This document shows positions 30,887 to 40,456 of a stretch of 64,000 bases of DNA, piece by piece. How positions within the stretch are numbered: position 1 is the first letter of the stretch; every line of letters starts with the position of its first letter. The translations under genes and the position numbers were made by a program. A model generated the notes under the pieces. It ran no database searches, was not told the DNA's origin, and saw nothing but the letters and a program-made list of their open reading frames with translations. The DNA lies in assembly GCA_030599585.1 (NCBI GenBank), contig JAUVNS010000014.1:32001-96000 (forward strand), given 5' to 3'. Origin of the DNA: Promethearchaeota archaeon (GTDB taxonomy: Archaea; Asgardarchaeota; Lokiarchaeia; Sigyniarchaeales; SOKP01).

Positions 30887-32140
30887 TTAAGGATGCAAAT
30901 AAACCGACACTTTTTCTCCTTTTTTCAATCCTTCCCTATTTTCAGAAATTTCTACAATCCCATCAGATTGAGTTAATGAGCTTATAATTCCTGAGCCTTT
31001 TAATTTAACTGGGAGAGCAAGAAGCTGATTTTCTCTCTTTTCTAGTCTAACTCTTAAGTAATGTTTATATCCCATTCGCGAGACTGGTACATCTTTACTA
31101 ATTGTGGCTATGATTTCTACCCTTGGATCTGTGGTAAGACATCCTAACATCTTCTTGATGGTGGTTCCAACAATTAATAAAAAACAAATATACGCTGCTA
31201 CAGGAGTACCTGGTAGACAGAAAACTAACGATTGATCTTTTAAGCCAATTAATACCGGTGAACCGGGTCGCATCGCAATTCCATGAACCAACACCTTACC
31301 GTTTTCATGTATTGTTTCGGGTAAGAAATCTTTAGTTCCCACTGATGTACCACCTGTAAATATAATAATTTGAGAGTCGATAGAAGATTTAATTAAATTA
31401 TTTCTAATTTCATCTTTATTGTCCTTAATGTTTAATTCTCTTACTACGCTTCCTCCATATGTTTCTACGAGGCTTGATACCATCGGACTATTTGAATTAT
31501 AGATTTTATTTATTGGAAGGGGACTTCCTACTTCAACTAATTCGTCTCCTACAGCAAAAACGCTCACTTTTGGTTTTTTTTTTACTTTGATATGTTTAAT
31601 CCCTAATGAAGACAAAAGAGCGATATGAGAAGCTTTAATGGTAATACCTGCTCTTAAAATATCTGTTCCTAGAGGAATATCTTCGCCTTTTTTAGAAACA
31701 TTTTTTCCCGGAACTATTGAAGTATAAATAGAAACAATCTCGCCATCAATATCAGTATCTTCTATTTTTATAACTGAATCAGCGCCTTGTGGTATTACCG
31801 CTCCAGTGGATATTCTAATAGCCTCTCCAGACTTAAGAACAAGATCAGTTTCTTCTCCAATCTCAACTGTACCAATTTTTTTTATTACTTTTGGATTGCT
31901 AGGAGATGCTCCAAATGTATCTTCCGCTTTAACCGCGTATCCATCCATTGCAGACCTATCAAAGGGGGGAATATCGAGTTCACTGATAATACCAGTCGCT
32001 AATACTCGATTTAATGCTTTAGATGTTTCTACTTCATCAAGAGCTGCTGGTGTGATATGAGCTTGTATCTTTTTTAGAGCATCATCTAATAGTGTTAATT
32101 TCGAAAAACCAATTTTGTTTAAACTTTTCAGAATGCTCAC
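30887..32140 (-). CDS. moeA: Molybdopterin molybdotransferase
   Basis: PPFDRSAMDGYA, GGTSVG.KD, MRPGSP, LPGTP. Confidence 0.92.
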   Translation of the reverse strand: MSILKSLNKIGFSKLTLLDDALKKIQAHITPAALDEVETSKALNRVLATGIISELDIPPFDRSAMDGYAVKAEDTFGASPSNPKVIKKIGTVEIGEETDLVLKSGEAIRISTGAVIPQGADSVIKIEDTDIDGEIVSIYTSIVPGKNVSKKGEDIPLGTDILRAGITIKASHIALLSSLGIKHIKVKKKPKVSVFAVGDELVEVGSPLPINKIYNSNSPMVSSLVETYGGSVVRELNIKDNKDEIRNNLIKSSIDSQIIIFTGGTSVGTKDFLPETIHENGKVLVHGIAMRPGSPVLIGLKDQSLVFCLPGTPVAAYICFLLIVGTTIKKMLGCLTTDPRVEIIATISKDVPVSRMGYKHYLRVRLEKRENQLLALPVKLKGSGIISSLTQSDGIVEISENREGLKKGEKVSVYLHP

Positions 32141-32673
32141 TCTTTTTTATTTATCATATAAACCATATGCTTGATTTCGGGCAAGATTAATTCAGTTAAA
32201 GCTAATTTTACGGCATTAGGAGATCCTGGAAGTAAAAATATTGCTTTATTTTTGATTTTACCGGCTAATGCTCGTGAAAACATCGAAGACGGACCAATTT
32301 CTTTGTATGAGAGATATCGGAATAATTCTCCGAAACCATCTATGGTTTTTTCTAAGAGAGGTTTAATTGCTTCGTACGTTACATCTTTAGGTGTTAATCC
32401 TGTTCCCCCACTAAACACGATGACATGTAGGGAAGAATCTATCAATAATCTTTCTAATAGTTCTACGATTTGGATTTGGTTATCGGACACAATTTCTGAA
32501 AATGTTAGGAATATACTAGGATTTTGCTCTAAAATTTGCTCTACCATAGGAATCGTCTTATCTGAGCTACTATCTTTTTCTTGTAATTCATTGAATTTGG
32601 AAGTGCTTACGATAACTAAAGCAAGGTTAATAGTGTCAGGTCCTTTTTTCTTATGTTGTTCATGAACTTTCAT
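32137..32673 (-). CDS. moaB: Molybdopterin adenylyltransferase, MoaB/Mog family
   Basis: GGTGLTPKDVT, GFGELFR, LPGSP. Confidence 0.9.
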   Translation of the reverse strand: MKVHEQHKKKGPDTINLALVIVSTSKFNELQEKDSSSDKTIPMVEQILEQNPSIFLTFSEIVSDNQIQIVELLERLLIDSSLHVIVFSGGTGLTPKDVTYEAIKPLLEKTIDGFGELFRYLSYKEIGPSSMFSRALAGKIKNKAIFLLPGSPNAVKLALTELILPEIKHMVYMINKKE

Positions 32674-33899
32674 TTAAAAAAATACACCCGTTTTTTTTCT
32701 CCTTTTTCAATTATTGACACTAATTCATCGATTTCAACATAACCATCGGCATAAAACATAGTGCTAATAGCTTCAGAACCTGTTTTTATGGGAAAAATCT
32801 TTTTAACGCTATCGGTATCTTGAATTTTTACGGTTTTGAATTCGTGACGGCCAATTGTGCTGTATATTCTTTCTCCAACTTCGAAGAGCCTAGAATAAGT
32901 TTCCTTTAAAGGATACCCAGAATTCTTTCTAAGAAAATTATCAATAAAAACATAGAAACAGCTTAATGCTGAAGTTGGATATCCTGGTAATATAAAAATC
33001 ATCTTGCTTCCAAACTTGGTAAAAATTATTGGCTTACCAGGTTTAATTCTTACACCATGCACAAGAATTTCTTTATCGTTGTATTGTTCTAAAACTTTAG
33101 GTCCTAAATCTCCTTCGCCTTTAGAAGTTCCACCAGAGAGAATAATAATATCGCTGAATTTCAATGCATCGTCAATAACACACTTCAATTCGTTAAAATC
33201 GTCCTTTAGAATTCCAAAGAATTCAACTAACGCTCCGGTGTTTTCAATTGCTTTTTTCAAAATTATAGAATTTACATCGTAAATTTTCCCAATATCTAAT
33301 TCTTTAACATTATCGCTCACGAGCTCGTTTCCAGTACTTATAAGCCCTACCTTTAATTTCCTGTAAATAGGCACTTCCCTAATTCCACATGAAGCTAGAA
33401 TTCCAAGAGTTGCTAAGTCAATTAATCGATCTTTTTTAACTATTATTTGTTCTTTTTGAATATCATGCCCAATTTCTATTATATGTGTTCCAGGAGTTAT
33501 AGCTTTTGAAATTATAATCTTTTCTTCAATTTTTTCAGTAAATTCAACCATTACTACACCATCAGCGTTTTCTGGAATTGCTGCGCCCGTTGCAACGTAA
33601 GAACATTGACCTTTTTTTAATTTTTTTTGAGGTTTTTCTCCCGCGGGAATTGTTTCGATTAATTCAAATTCGATGAAGTTATCTTCTTCAGCAAGAAATG
33701 TATCTTCGGCAATAACAGCATAACCGTCCATCCTCGATTTACGGAAATGAGGGACGTCGATAGGACTTATAATGTCTCTGAACAATACTCGATTATAAGC
33801 ATCTTCAAGGGATATAATTTCTTCTTTAATTTCTATCTTTGGTATAGCTTCTAATATTTCTTTAAATTCTTCTACTTTAATGGTTTGTAAAAATTTCAT
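32670..33899 (-). CDS. moeA: Molybdopterin molybdotransferase, second paralog
   Basis: PHFRKSRMDGYA, STGNEL, GGTSKGEGD, IKPGKP, LPGYP. Confidence 0.92.
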   Translation of the reverse strand: MKFLQTIKVEEFKEILEAIPKIEIKEEIISLEDAYNRVLFRDIISPIDVPHFRKSRMDGYAVIAEDTFLAEEDNFIEFELIETIPAGEKPQKKLKKGQCSYVATGAAIPENADGVVMVEFTEKIEEKIIISKAITPGTHIIEIGHDIQKEQIIVKKDRLIDLATLGILASCGIREVPIYRKLKVGLISTGNELVSDNVKELDIGKIYDVNSIILKKAIENTGALVEFFGILKDDFNELKCVIDDALKFSDIIILSGGTSKGEGDLGPKVLEQYNDKEILVHGVRIKPGKPIIFTKFGSKMIFILPGYPTSALSCFYVFIDNFLRKNSGYPLKETYSRLFEVGERIYSTIGRHEFKTVKIQDTDSVKKIFPIKTGSEAISTMFYADGYVEIDELVSIIEKGEKKRVYFFK

Positions 33900-33931
33900 T
33901 TGAGGTTATCCAAATAATGATTTTTTTTAAT

Positions 33932-34381
33932 TTAATGAACCCATTCTGAATTACCATCTAAAAAAACTTCTTTCTTCCAGACGGCTATTTCTTTTTTATA
34001 ATTTTCTACAGCAAGCCTCAGAGCTTTAAAGCCTTCTTCTCTATGAGAAGATGCAACTATAACATGAACTAATTCATCATTTATGTCAAAAACTCCTTTG
34101 AAATGAACTATGATGATATCAACTATTCCGGGTATTTCTTTTATTTCTTTACATATTTTGTTAATGCTTCTATTTGCAAGCTCCTCATAGGCATCAATTT
34201 CTAAGCTACGAATTAATTTACCTTCCTTGGAAGTATTTCTTACAATTCCTGTGAAGGTTAGAATCGAGCCAGCATCTTTAATTTTAGGATGATTTTTTAG
34301 TGATAATAGGATATTGCTTAAGTTGATTTCGTCTTTTTTATAGATACCAGATTTAACTTGAGTAAAGTTATTATTATTCAC
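33932..34381 (-). CDS. moaE: Molybdopterin synthase catalytic subunit
   Basis: FTGIVR, SSHREE, VWKKE. Confidence 0.92.
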   Translation of the reverse strand: MNNNNFTQVKSGIYKKDEINLSNILLSLKNHPKIKDAGSILTFTGIVRNTSKEGKLIRSLEIDAYEELANRSINKICKEIKEIPGIVDIIIVHFKGVFDINDELVHVIVASSHREEGFKALRLAVENYKKEIAVWKKEVFLDGNSEWVH

Positions 34382-34386
34382 TTTGG

Positions 34387-34668
34387 CTAACCTCCCGCAA
34401 AAGGTAATAGAAAAGCTACTTTATCTCCATCTATCAACTTCATATTTCCTTTGTTTTTACCTGTGATAATTTTATCGTTTATAACGATTGAGATATTGTC
34501 CTTTAAATTTTTTATTTCGTCGTCCCATATTAGATTTTTTAGAGGATCATACTTGCTAAAAATCTTTGAAGTAAGCCCTTTTACAGTGTTTTCCTTTAAC
34601 TCAAAAAACTCCCGATCTTTTCCTGTTATATCCTTAAAATCAGCAAAGTAAAGTACTTCTACGTTCAT
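34387..34668 (-). CDS. moaD: Sulfur carrier, MoaD/ThiS ubiquitin-like
   Basis: YFA at the N-terminus; C-terminal GDKVAFLLPFAGG. Confidence 0.9.
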   Translation of the reverse strand: MNVEVLYFADFKDITGKDREFFELKENTVKGLTSKIFSKYDPLKNLIWDDEIKNLKDNISIVINDKIITGKNKGNMKLIDGDKVAFLLPFAGG

Positions 34669-34690
34669 TTTCGTGACATTTAAATTTTTA

Positions 34691-35611
34691 TTAATAATAA
34701 GGTTCTCTTGTATCTACAACTTGTTTAACTATTTTTTCATATATAGATAATGAGTGATTATTCTTCAAGGCTTCTTTGATATTTGTACCTAAATCAGACC
34801 GAAAGAGACAACCAAATAGATTTCCATCGCAGCCAACCCTCAGTTTTGTGCATCCCATACAAAATTCATGCCCAGGAGTAATGGTTTCAACTTTTGCTGA
34901 GTTTGGTAGTGTAAACACCTTTCGGTTTTGCATATTACCTCTTACTTGGATGTCTATTGCTTTTCTTTCAAATTCTTCAATTAAAGGTGTCACATCGAAA
35001 TAATACTTATCATAGAAACCATTATCTTGACTAATTGACCGAGACACCTTATGTAATTCAATTAGTTGCAGAATAAATTCATTTTCAGCACAAAAATTAA
35101 CCAAATCATTTACTTCTTGATCATTTATGCCTTTAAGAACCACATAATTCAATTTAATAGGAGTAAGTCCGATGTCTTTTGCTAGCATTAATCCTTTTAA
35201 CACAGCCTCTAAGGAATCAGAACCGTATATCTTCTTATAAATCTCTGGTTTAAGTGTCCCCAACGACACATTGATACGGTTTAAACCAGCATCATAGAGG
35301 TCTTGGGCTTTTTCTATTAGATAAACGCCGTTTGTCGTCATAGATATGTCTTTGTAAAGTTGCAGATCAGAAACACTTCTAATAATTTCGACTATTTCTT
35401 CTCTGAGTAAAGGCTCTCCGCCTGTAAATTTAATTTTGGTTACTTTTAATACCTGTGCTAATATCCTACAAAGTTGAGTAATTTCATCAACGCTTAGTTC
35501 CGTTGTTTTGGGAATGAATCCTTCTCGATCGCAGTAAATGCAATTATAATTACAATTAGAGGTTACTGAAAATCTAATGTGCTTTATTTCTCTATTACAG
35601 TTGTCTTTCAT
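34691..35611 (-). CDS. moaA: GTP 3',8-cyclase
   Basis: CNYNCIYC, TGGEP, FCMGCTKLR..DG...CL. Confidence 0.92.
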   Translation of the reverse strand: MKDNCNREIKHIRFSVTSNCNYNCIYCDREGFIPKTTELSVDEITQLCRILAQVLKVTKIKFTGGEPLLREEIVEIIRSVSDLQLYKDISMTTNGVYLIEKAQDLYDAGLNRINVSLGTLKPEIYKKIYGSDSLEAVLKGLMLAKDIGLTPIKLNYVVLKGINDQEVNDLVNFCAENEFILQLIELHKVSRSISQDNGFYDKYYFDVTPLIEEFERKAIDIQVRGNMQNRKVFTLPNSAKVETITPGHEFCMGCTKLRVGCDGNLFGCLFRSDLGTNIKEALKNNHSLSIYEKIVKQVVDTREPYY

Positions 35612-35620
35612 GTTATTATC

Positions 35621-36052
35621 TTATAATTTTTTTATTTTTTCATCGACTTTTACTTCAGTTATAACCGTTATCGGATATTGTCCATTACTATCTTTCTCAT
35701 ACATCTTTACAACATCCCAAATATTTAATAATGCGATATTAACGCCCATAAGAGCCTCCATTTCTACTCCCGTTTTTGAAATGCTTTTAACGGTACATTT
35801 TACTTTAATAATATTATCACCCTCGTAATTAAAATCAATAGCAACATTACTTATAGGAATTGGGTGACATAATGGAATCAAATCAGGAACTTTTTTAACG
35901 GCATTAATCGCTGCGATTTTTGCAATAGTAAAAACATCCCCTTTTTTAAGGTTTTTATTTTTAATTCGCTCTATCGTCTCTTTCTTTAAGTAGATTTTCC
36001 CAGACGACTTTGCTATTCTTAATATAGAATCTTTTTCAGATATGTCAATCAT
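35621..36052 (-). CDS. moaC: Cyclic pyranopterin monophosphate synthase
   Basis: MIDISEK, LIPLCHP, TGVEMEAL. Confidence 0.95.
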   Translation of the reverse strand: MIDISEKDSILRIAKSSGKIYLKKETIERIKNKNLKKGDVFTIAKIAAINAVKKVPDLIPLCHPIPISNVAIDFNYEGDNIIKVKCTVKSISKTGVEMEALMGVNIALLNIWDVVKMYEKDSNGQYPITVITEVKVDEKIKKL

Positions 36053-36129
36053 TTTTTCACTAGGAACCTTTTTTTACGTTTTCATTTCTCATACATATCG
36101 ATATTTTTGCATTATTAAAAAATTTGTGA

Positions 36130-37233
36130 TTATAGGATTTTAACATCAGTCGCCTTGAAATTGATATAAACTTCTGTTCCATATTTAATTCCTAATTTTT
36201 GCTGAGATACTTTTGTAATGCTTACTAAAAATCTTTCTGAATTAGTTTTAATAATGACATGGATTAAATTACCAAGATCTCGAATTTCATCAACTAAACC
36301 CTTAAATAAATTCAATGAGCTAACATTTTGAGGGGGATTTTTAGCGAGAATAATACTCTCAGGGTGGATACAAACTTTTACTTTACCTTCTTTTTGATCC
36401 GATGCAGTGATAACAAGATCATTTATTTTTATTTGATTAAGATTTGACGTTGGATCTACACGAGCGTTTCCTGAAAAGATATTTTCGTAGCCAACAAAAT
36501 ATGCTGTGAATTCATCTTTAGGAGCTTGAAATATTACATTTGGAGAATTAATTTGATTTATTTTACCTTCATTTAAAACGGCTATTCGATCTGCTAATCT
36601 TATTGCTTCGTATCGATCGTGAGTGCTCAATATGATTGTTTTTTCTTTATCTTTTTTGATTTTAGTAATAAAACGATCTAGAATCTTAACATTCATTGGA
36701 TCCAAATTTGCTGAAACCTCATCAAGGAGGTAAATTTCAGGAGTAAAAATAAAATTCATCGCAATTACTACCCTCTGCATTTCTCCTCCTGATAAAGCTC
36801 TAGCGTTTTTGTTTTCCATGCCAGAGAGTCCTACGGATTCAATCATTTCTGAAACTGGATGCTTGTATTGATTATATTTCAATCCTCTAACTTTCAGTCC
36901 ATAAGCAATATTTTCAAAAACCGAAGCATCTCTAACTAAGGGTTTTTGCCTTACGAATGATAGTTTTCTTCGATATTGTGTTTTTTCTTTTCGTGATAAA
37001 TTGGTTATATCTTTTCCCAAATATCTTATTTCCCCTTGCGTTGGAGATTCAAGTAATCCTAAAATTCTCAATAAAGTAGTCTTCCCACTTCCATTTGGAC
37101 CGATTATGGCAAAAGATTCTCCTTTATTAATTGAAAGGTTAATCCCGGAAAGTACTGAGATTACATTACCATCTTTTTTATAAAAATCTTTTGACAGGTT
37201 TTTAACCTCAAGCAGGCTCACTCTACTTATCAC
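36130..37233 (-). CDS. tupC: Tungstate ABC transporter ATPase with TOBE domain
   Basis: GPNGSGKT, LSGGE, LLDE, C-terminal TOBE; next to tupAB. Confidence 0.8.
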   Translation of the reverse strand: MISRVSLLEVKNLSKDFYKKDGNVISVLSGINLSINKGESFAIIGPNGSGKTTLLRILGLLESPTQGEIRYLGKDITNLSRKEKTQYRRKLSFVRQKPLVRDASVFENIAYGLKVRGLKYNQYKHPVSEMIESVGLSGMENKNARALSGGEMQRVVIAMNFIFTPEIYLLDEVSANLDPMNVKILDRFITKIKKDKEKTIILSTHDRYEAIRLADRIAVLNEGKINQINSPNVIFQAPKDEFTAYFVGYENIFSGNARVDPTSNLNQIKINDLVITASDQKEGKVKVCIHPESIILAKNPPQNVSSLNLFKGLVDEIRDLGNLIHVIIKTNSERFLVSITKVSQQKLGIKYGTEVYINFKATDVKIL

Positions 37234-37918
37234 CCCCTTGTAATCGAGTTAAACCGTAATTTAAAATGAAAGCTATTGATATCAAAATAATACCTAACGC
37301 TATAGCCATTCCAAATTCACCCATACGTGTTTGTAATACAATCGAGGTGGTAAACGTTCTCGTCGCCCAGCGAATGTTACCGCCTACGATCATTACTGCC
37401 CCAACTTCAGATATTGCTTGACCAAAAGCTACGAGAAATCCCGCAATAATTGATTTTTTTGAATGCTTGATTAATTCCCACCATAATTGCCTCTCATTAG
37501 CCCCTAAGGAAAGAACTGTTTCTTTCAAAGCGGGAGCTACGCTTTCTATTGCTGCTTTTCCTGTCCCAATTATAATTGGTACCGCTAAAAGGAATTGCGC
37601 AATAATCATAGCAGTTGTTGAATATAATAACCCTAACGATCCGAATATTCCTCCCGCAGATAGGAGTAAAAATACAATTAGCCCCATTACCACTGGCGGA
37701 AATCCCATAAAAGTATTTATCAAATTGCTAAGGAATCTTTTTCCTCGGAATTCTCTCAAACCAATGAAAGAGCCAATTGGTAAAGAAACTAAGGCAGCAA
37801 GAAATGTAGAGATCAACGATACGCGAAATGACACTTCTATTACGCCCCAAACTTCTGGATCTAAAGTAAATATTAATTGAATCGCTTCCAAAATTCCTTC
37901 TATAATTTCGTTCGACAT
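37223..37918 (-). CDS. tupB: Tungstate ABC transporter permease
   Basis: PPVVMGL, ISEVGAVMIVGGNI...TR. Confidence 0.9.
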   Translation of the reverse strand: MSNEIIEGILEAIQLIFTLDPEVWGVIEVSFRVSLISTFLAALVSLPIGSFIGLREFRGKRFLSNLINTFMGFPPVVMGLIVFLLLSAGGIFGSLGLLYSTTAMIIAQFLLAVPIIIGTGKAAIESVAPALKETVLSLGANERQLWWELIKHSKKSIIAGFLVAFGQAISEVGAVMIVGGNIRWATRTFTTSIVLQTRMGEFGMAIALGIILISIAFILNYGLTRLQGGDK

Positions 37919-37936
37919 TATTCTTATCTTATTTTT

Positions 37937-38956
37937 TTATGCAAATTCTTGTTGAAAACCGGCCCAAAAATAAACTTCTTCTTCAGTAGTTGGGCAGTAA
38001 TGAGTGGTATTACACATTCCAAAGGCAGCATGGAATAATTTTTCTCCGTTTTTTGTATAAGAATTAATTAAGTTTTGCCCATAGTTAGACGTAAGAAATC
38101 CTACAAACCTCAATACGCTACTATATTTAACATGTGAATGTAAGTCAGGATTTACGGGGATTACACCATAAGGATTAAGTAAATTATCCTCCCCTACAAC
38201 TGATTCAGCTAAAATTTTTAGAATTGTATAGGTATTATTAAAAGAGAGCCAAGTACCTCGATCTATTAAAGTATAACCCTGGTTATTTGCATCTTGAAAA
38301 GTCATTTGCAAAGTTGTTGCCATTCCCTGTCCAGTCTCAGTGTATTTATCAGGTTGTGCAAACCAGTCCGCATCTGGAATAACACTAATATTTGCCCATA
38401 ATGATAATTCTTTGGAATAAGTACCTGAACCATCTCCTCGAGAATAGAACGTTGAATTGCCTGCGTCTATACCTTCCTTTAATTTTGTCATGATGATGGT
38501 AATGGTGTCATTTGGTAATAATTCTGCAGGATTGTTTTCATGACCAACAATAATAAAATCATTGTACATGACACATGCTCTATGTATCCCGTAAGGAGTT
38601 TGTCCATCGCTATCGTTCACAAAAGTATCTTCTCTAGATCTGGAATGTACGAGTATTACATCTACATCACCACTCTCTCCATACACTAGTGCTTGTCCCG
38701 TTCCAACTGATAGAACTGAGACTTCGATACCTGTTTTTCGAGTAAATTCTGGTAATAAATAATCTAACAATCCAGAATCATATGTAGAAGTTGTAGTGGC
38801 AAGCGTAATTCGAGTTGGATTTCGAGCGGATAATAAATCAAATATAAAAAAAGTTCCAAACGAACCTCCAATTATGAGAAGAAAAATAATTAAAAATACT
38901 ATTTTATGCTCGCTAATTATGGTTTTTATTGTTCTTCTCTTACTCATTTTTTTCAC
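37937..38956 (-). CDS. tupA: Tungstate-binding protein
   Basis: ATTTSTYDSGLL, GTGQAL, MYNDF, SRGDGSGT, GQGM, LLNPY. Confidence 0.92.
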   Translation of the reverse strand: MKKMSKRRTIKTIISEHKIVFLIIFLLIIGGSFGTFFIFDLLSARNPTRITLATTTSTYDSGLLDYLLPEFTRKTGIEVSVLSVGTGQALVYGESGDVDVILVHSRSREDTFVNDSDGQTPYGIHRACVMYNDFIIVGHENNPAELLPNDTITIIMTKLKEGIDAGNSTFYSRGDGSGTYSKELSLWANISVIPDADWFAQPDKYTETGQGMATTLQMTFQDANNQGYTLIDRGTWLSFNNTYTILKILAESVVGEDNLLNPYGVIPVNPDLHSHVKYSSVLRFVGFLTSNYGQNLINSYTKNGEKLFHAAFGMCNTTHYCPTTEEEVYFWAGFQQEFA

Positions 38957-39026
38957 AAATTTAGTTCTAATTTTTTGACATAATTTTTTAATTTCTAGTT
39001 TCCACTTCTCTCAAGTGAAAATTTTA

Positions 39027-39050
39027 CGAGCTATCTGAGTGTACATAACG
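39027..39050. promoter_or_regulatory. Candidate ModE-box-like operator upstream of tupA
   Basis: CGAGCTAT-CTGAGTG-TACATAACG(AT), just downstream of a minus-strand TTTTTAAA TATA-like element (39059-39066). Confidence 0.4.
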
Positions 39051-39135
39051 ATCTTTTGTTTAAAAATTTTATTTCTCAATTTCTAAATTCTTAGAAATTG
39101 CTAGTAAATCCGGATTTATTGTGCAAGAATAAATC

Positions 39136-39170
39136 TAAAAAAAAGTTAAGGCATTGTTATAACATTAGTG
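39136..39170 (-). repeat. Direct repeat copy 1: orphan 3' end (TNVITMP* plus T8) of the gene at 40432-41169
   Basis: 32/35 identical to 40422-40456. Confidence 0.85.
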
Positions 39171-39237
39171 ACTATTTAGTTTGATCATTCATGTCTGATT
39201 CTCATAAATAAAAAATGATTTTGCAAAATAGCACAAA

Positions 39238-40167
39238 TTACATGAAATTAAACAATTTTTTTGTTTTATCTACTGTACTGGAATCAAATTTCCTAAATAA
39301 GGCATAAGCAGCAATTGGCACGACACATCCACAATTATCACATAATAGTGGTGAATTTCCCATGACACAAAACTTTTGTTTTCCATCAGGAAAGAAACTT
39401 TTTACTTGACCAGTTTTAAATACGCAATGTGGTACAAATTCTTTTGATAGGTATACTTCTAACATTTTTTTGGAATAAAAAATAAAATTACCATATTCAC
39501 TCATTACTTTTAAAATGTCTTTTATTGTCTTTTTTAATATATTGCCTTTTAATAAAAGTGGACTGTCAGGATAGTCGGTATATAATAGAAAGACCAATCC
39601 AGAAGCACCATTATCGTGAGTAATCTTAGCAATGTCTTCAATTTCTTTATAATTTAATGTCATGATGGTTGAAGTAACGACCGGATTGTTCTCCCGAATA
39701 TTTTGTATGACTCTATCAAAAATGTTTTCGCCTCTTATCTTATTATGAGTTTCCTTGGTGCCATCTATACTTACCCAGTATTTCGGTTGTTTATATCCAT
39801 TAAATCGAGGTAATTTTATAACTCCATTTGATACAACCTGAACTGAGGGAAAAATTTTAATCGCTTCTTTTATAACATCCATTCTTAAAGTAGGTTCTCC
39901 ACCGGTTAAAATAGCTGTTTTTGTTCCTAAATTTCTATGGTATTTAAAAACCTTAATCCATTCTTCGTCCGATAATTCCGTCCTTTTATTTTTTAATTCC
40001 GCTGCTGATGAGAAAAAATAACAATGCTTACATTTTAAGTTACATTGCCAAGTTAAATCATAATTCACATATAACGGTACATTTCTTATTATTGACTGAA
40101 AAAACGATGGACCCATTGAAACTAAACTTCTTACATTTTTTGCAGTAAATAATGCCATAATCAACAT
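39238..40167 (-). CDS. Radical SAM protein with C-terminal Cys-rich (SPASM/twitch-like) region
   Basis: CNLKCKHC, TGGEP, SIDG...H..IRG, C..C..CDNCGC. Confidence 0.88.
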   Translation of the reverse strand: MLIMALFTAKNVRSLVSMGPSFFQSIIRNVPLYVNYDLTWQCNLKCKHCYFFSSAAELKNKRTELSDEEWIKVFKYHRNLGTKTAILTGGEPTLRMDVIKEAIKIFPSVQVVSNGVIKLPRFNGYKQPKYWVSIDGTKETHNKIRGENIFDRVIQNIRENNPVVTSTIMTLNYKEIEDIAKITHDNGASGLVFLLYTDYPDSPLLLKGNILKKTIKDILKVMSEYGNFIFYSKKMLEVYLSKEFVPHCVFKTGQVKSFFPDGKQKFCVMGNSPLLCDNCGCVVPIAAYALFRKFDSSTVDKTKKLFNFM

Positions 40168-40421
40168 AAAAGATACGCTGCCTTAAAAATAAGTCTCAAA
40201 TAAATTAAAAAAACTTACGCGTTCTTGACGGTATTGAAAAGTAGGAGTAGGAGAAGTTAAGCTTTCTTCCATTATCATTAGAAAAAAATTAATAACTCCT
40301 AAAAATCCTTTCGTTTAATTAGCGATGTTAAATTAGCGCATCAACTTTTTAATAAATAGTGAGAGTTTTTCACCTGTATTGCTCCAAAATAAATAGAAAT
40401 ATCTTACTCTTAAAAAATTAA

Positions 40422-40456
40422 TAAAAAAAAGTTAAGGCATAGTTATTATATTAGTG
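40422..40456 (-). repeat. Direct repeat copy 2: current 3' end (TNIITMP*) and oligo-T terminator
   Basis: Matches 39136-39170. Confidence 0.85.

Noticed and set aside
32171-32665. 164-aa plus-strand ORF, and the other 60-140 aa antisense ORFs in the track
   Set aside because: Shadows of well-supported genes on the opposite strand
40240-40302. Possible hairpin TAGGAGT...ACTCCTA upstream of the radical SAM gene
   Set aside because: Imperfect inner stem and no recognisable riboswitch consensus
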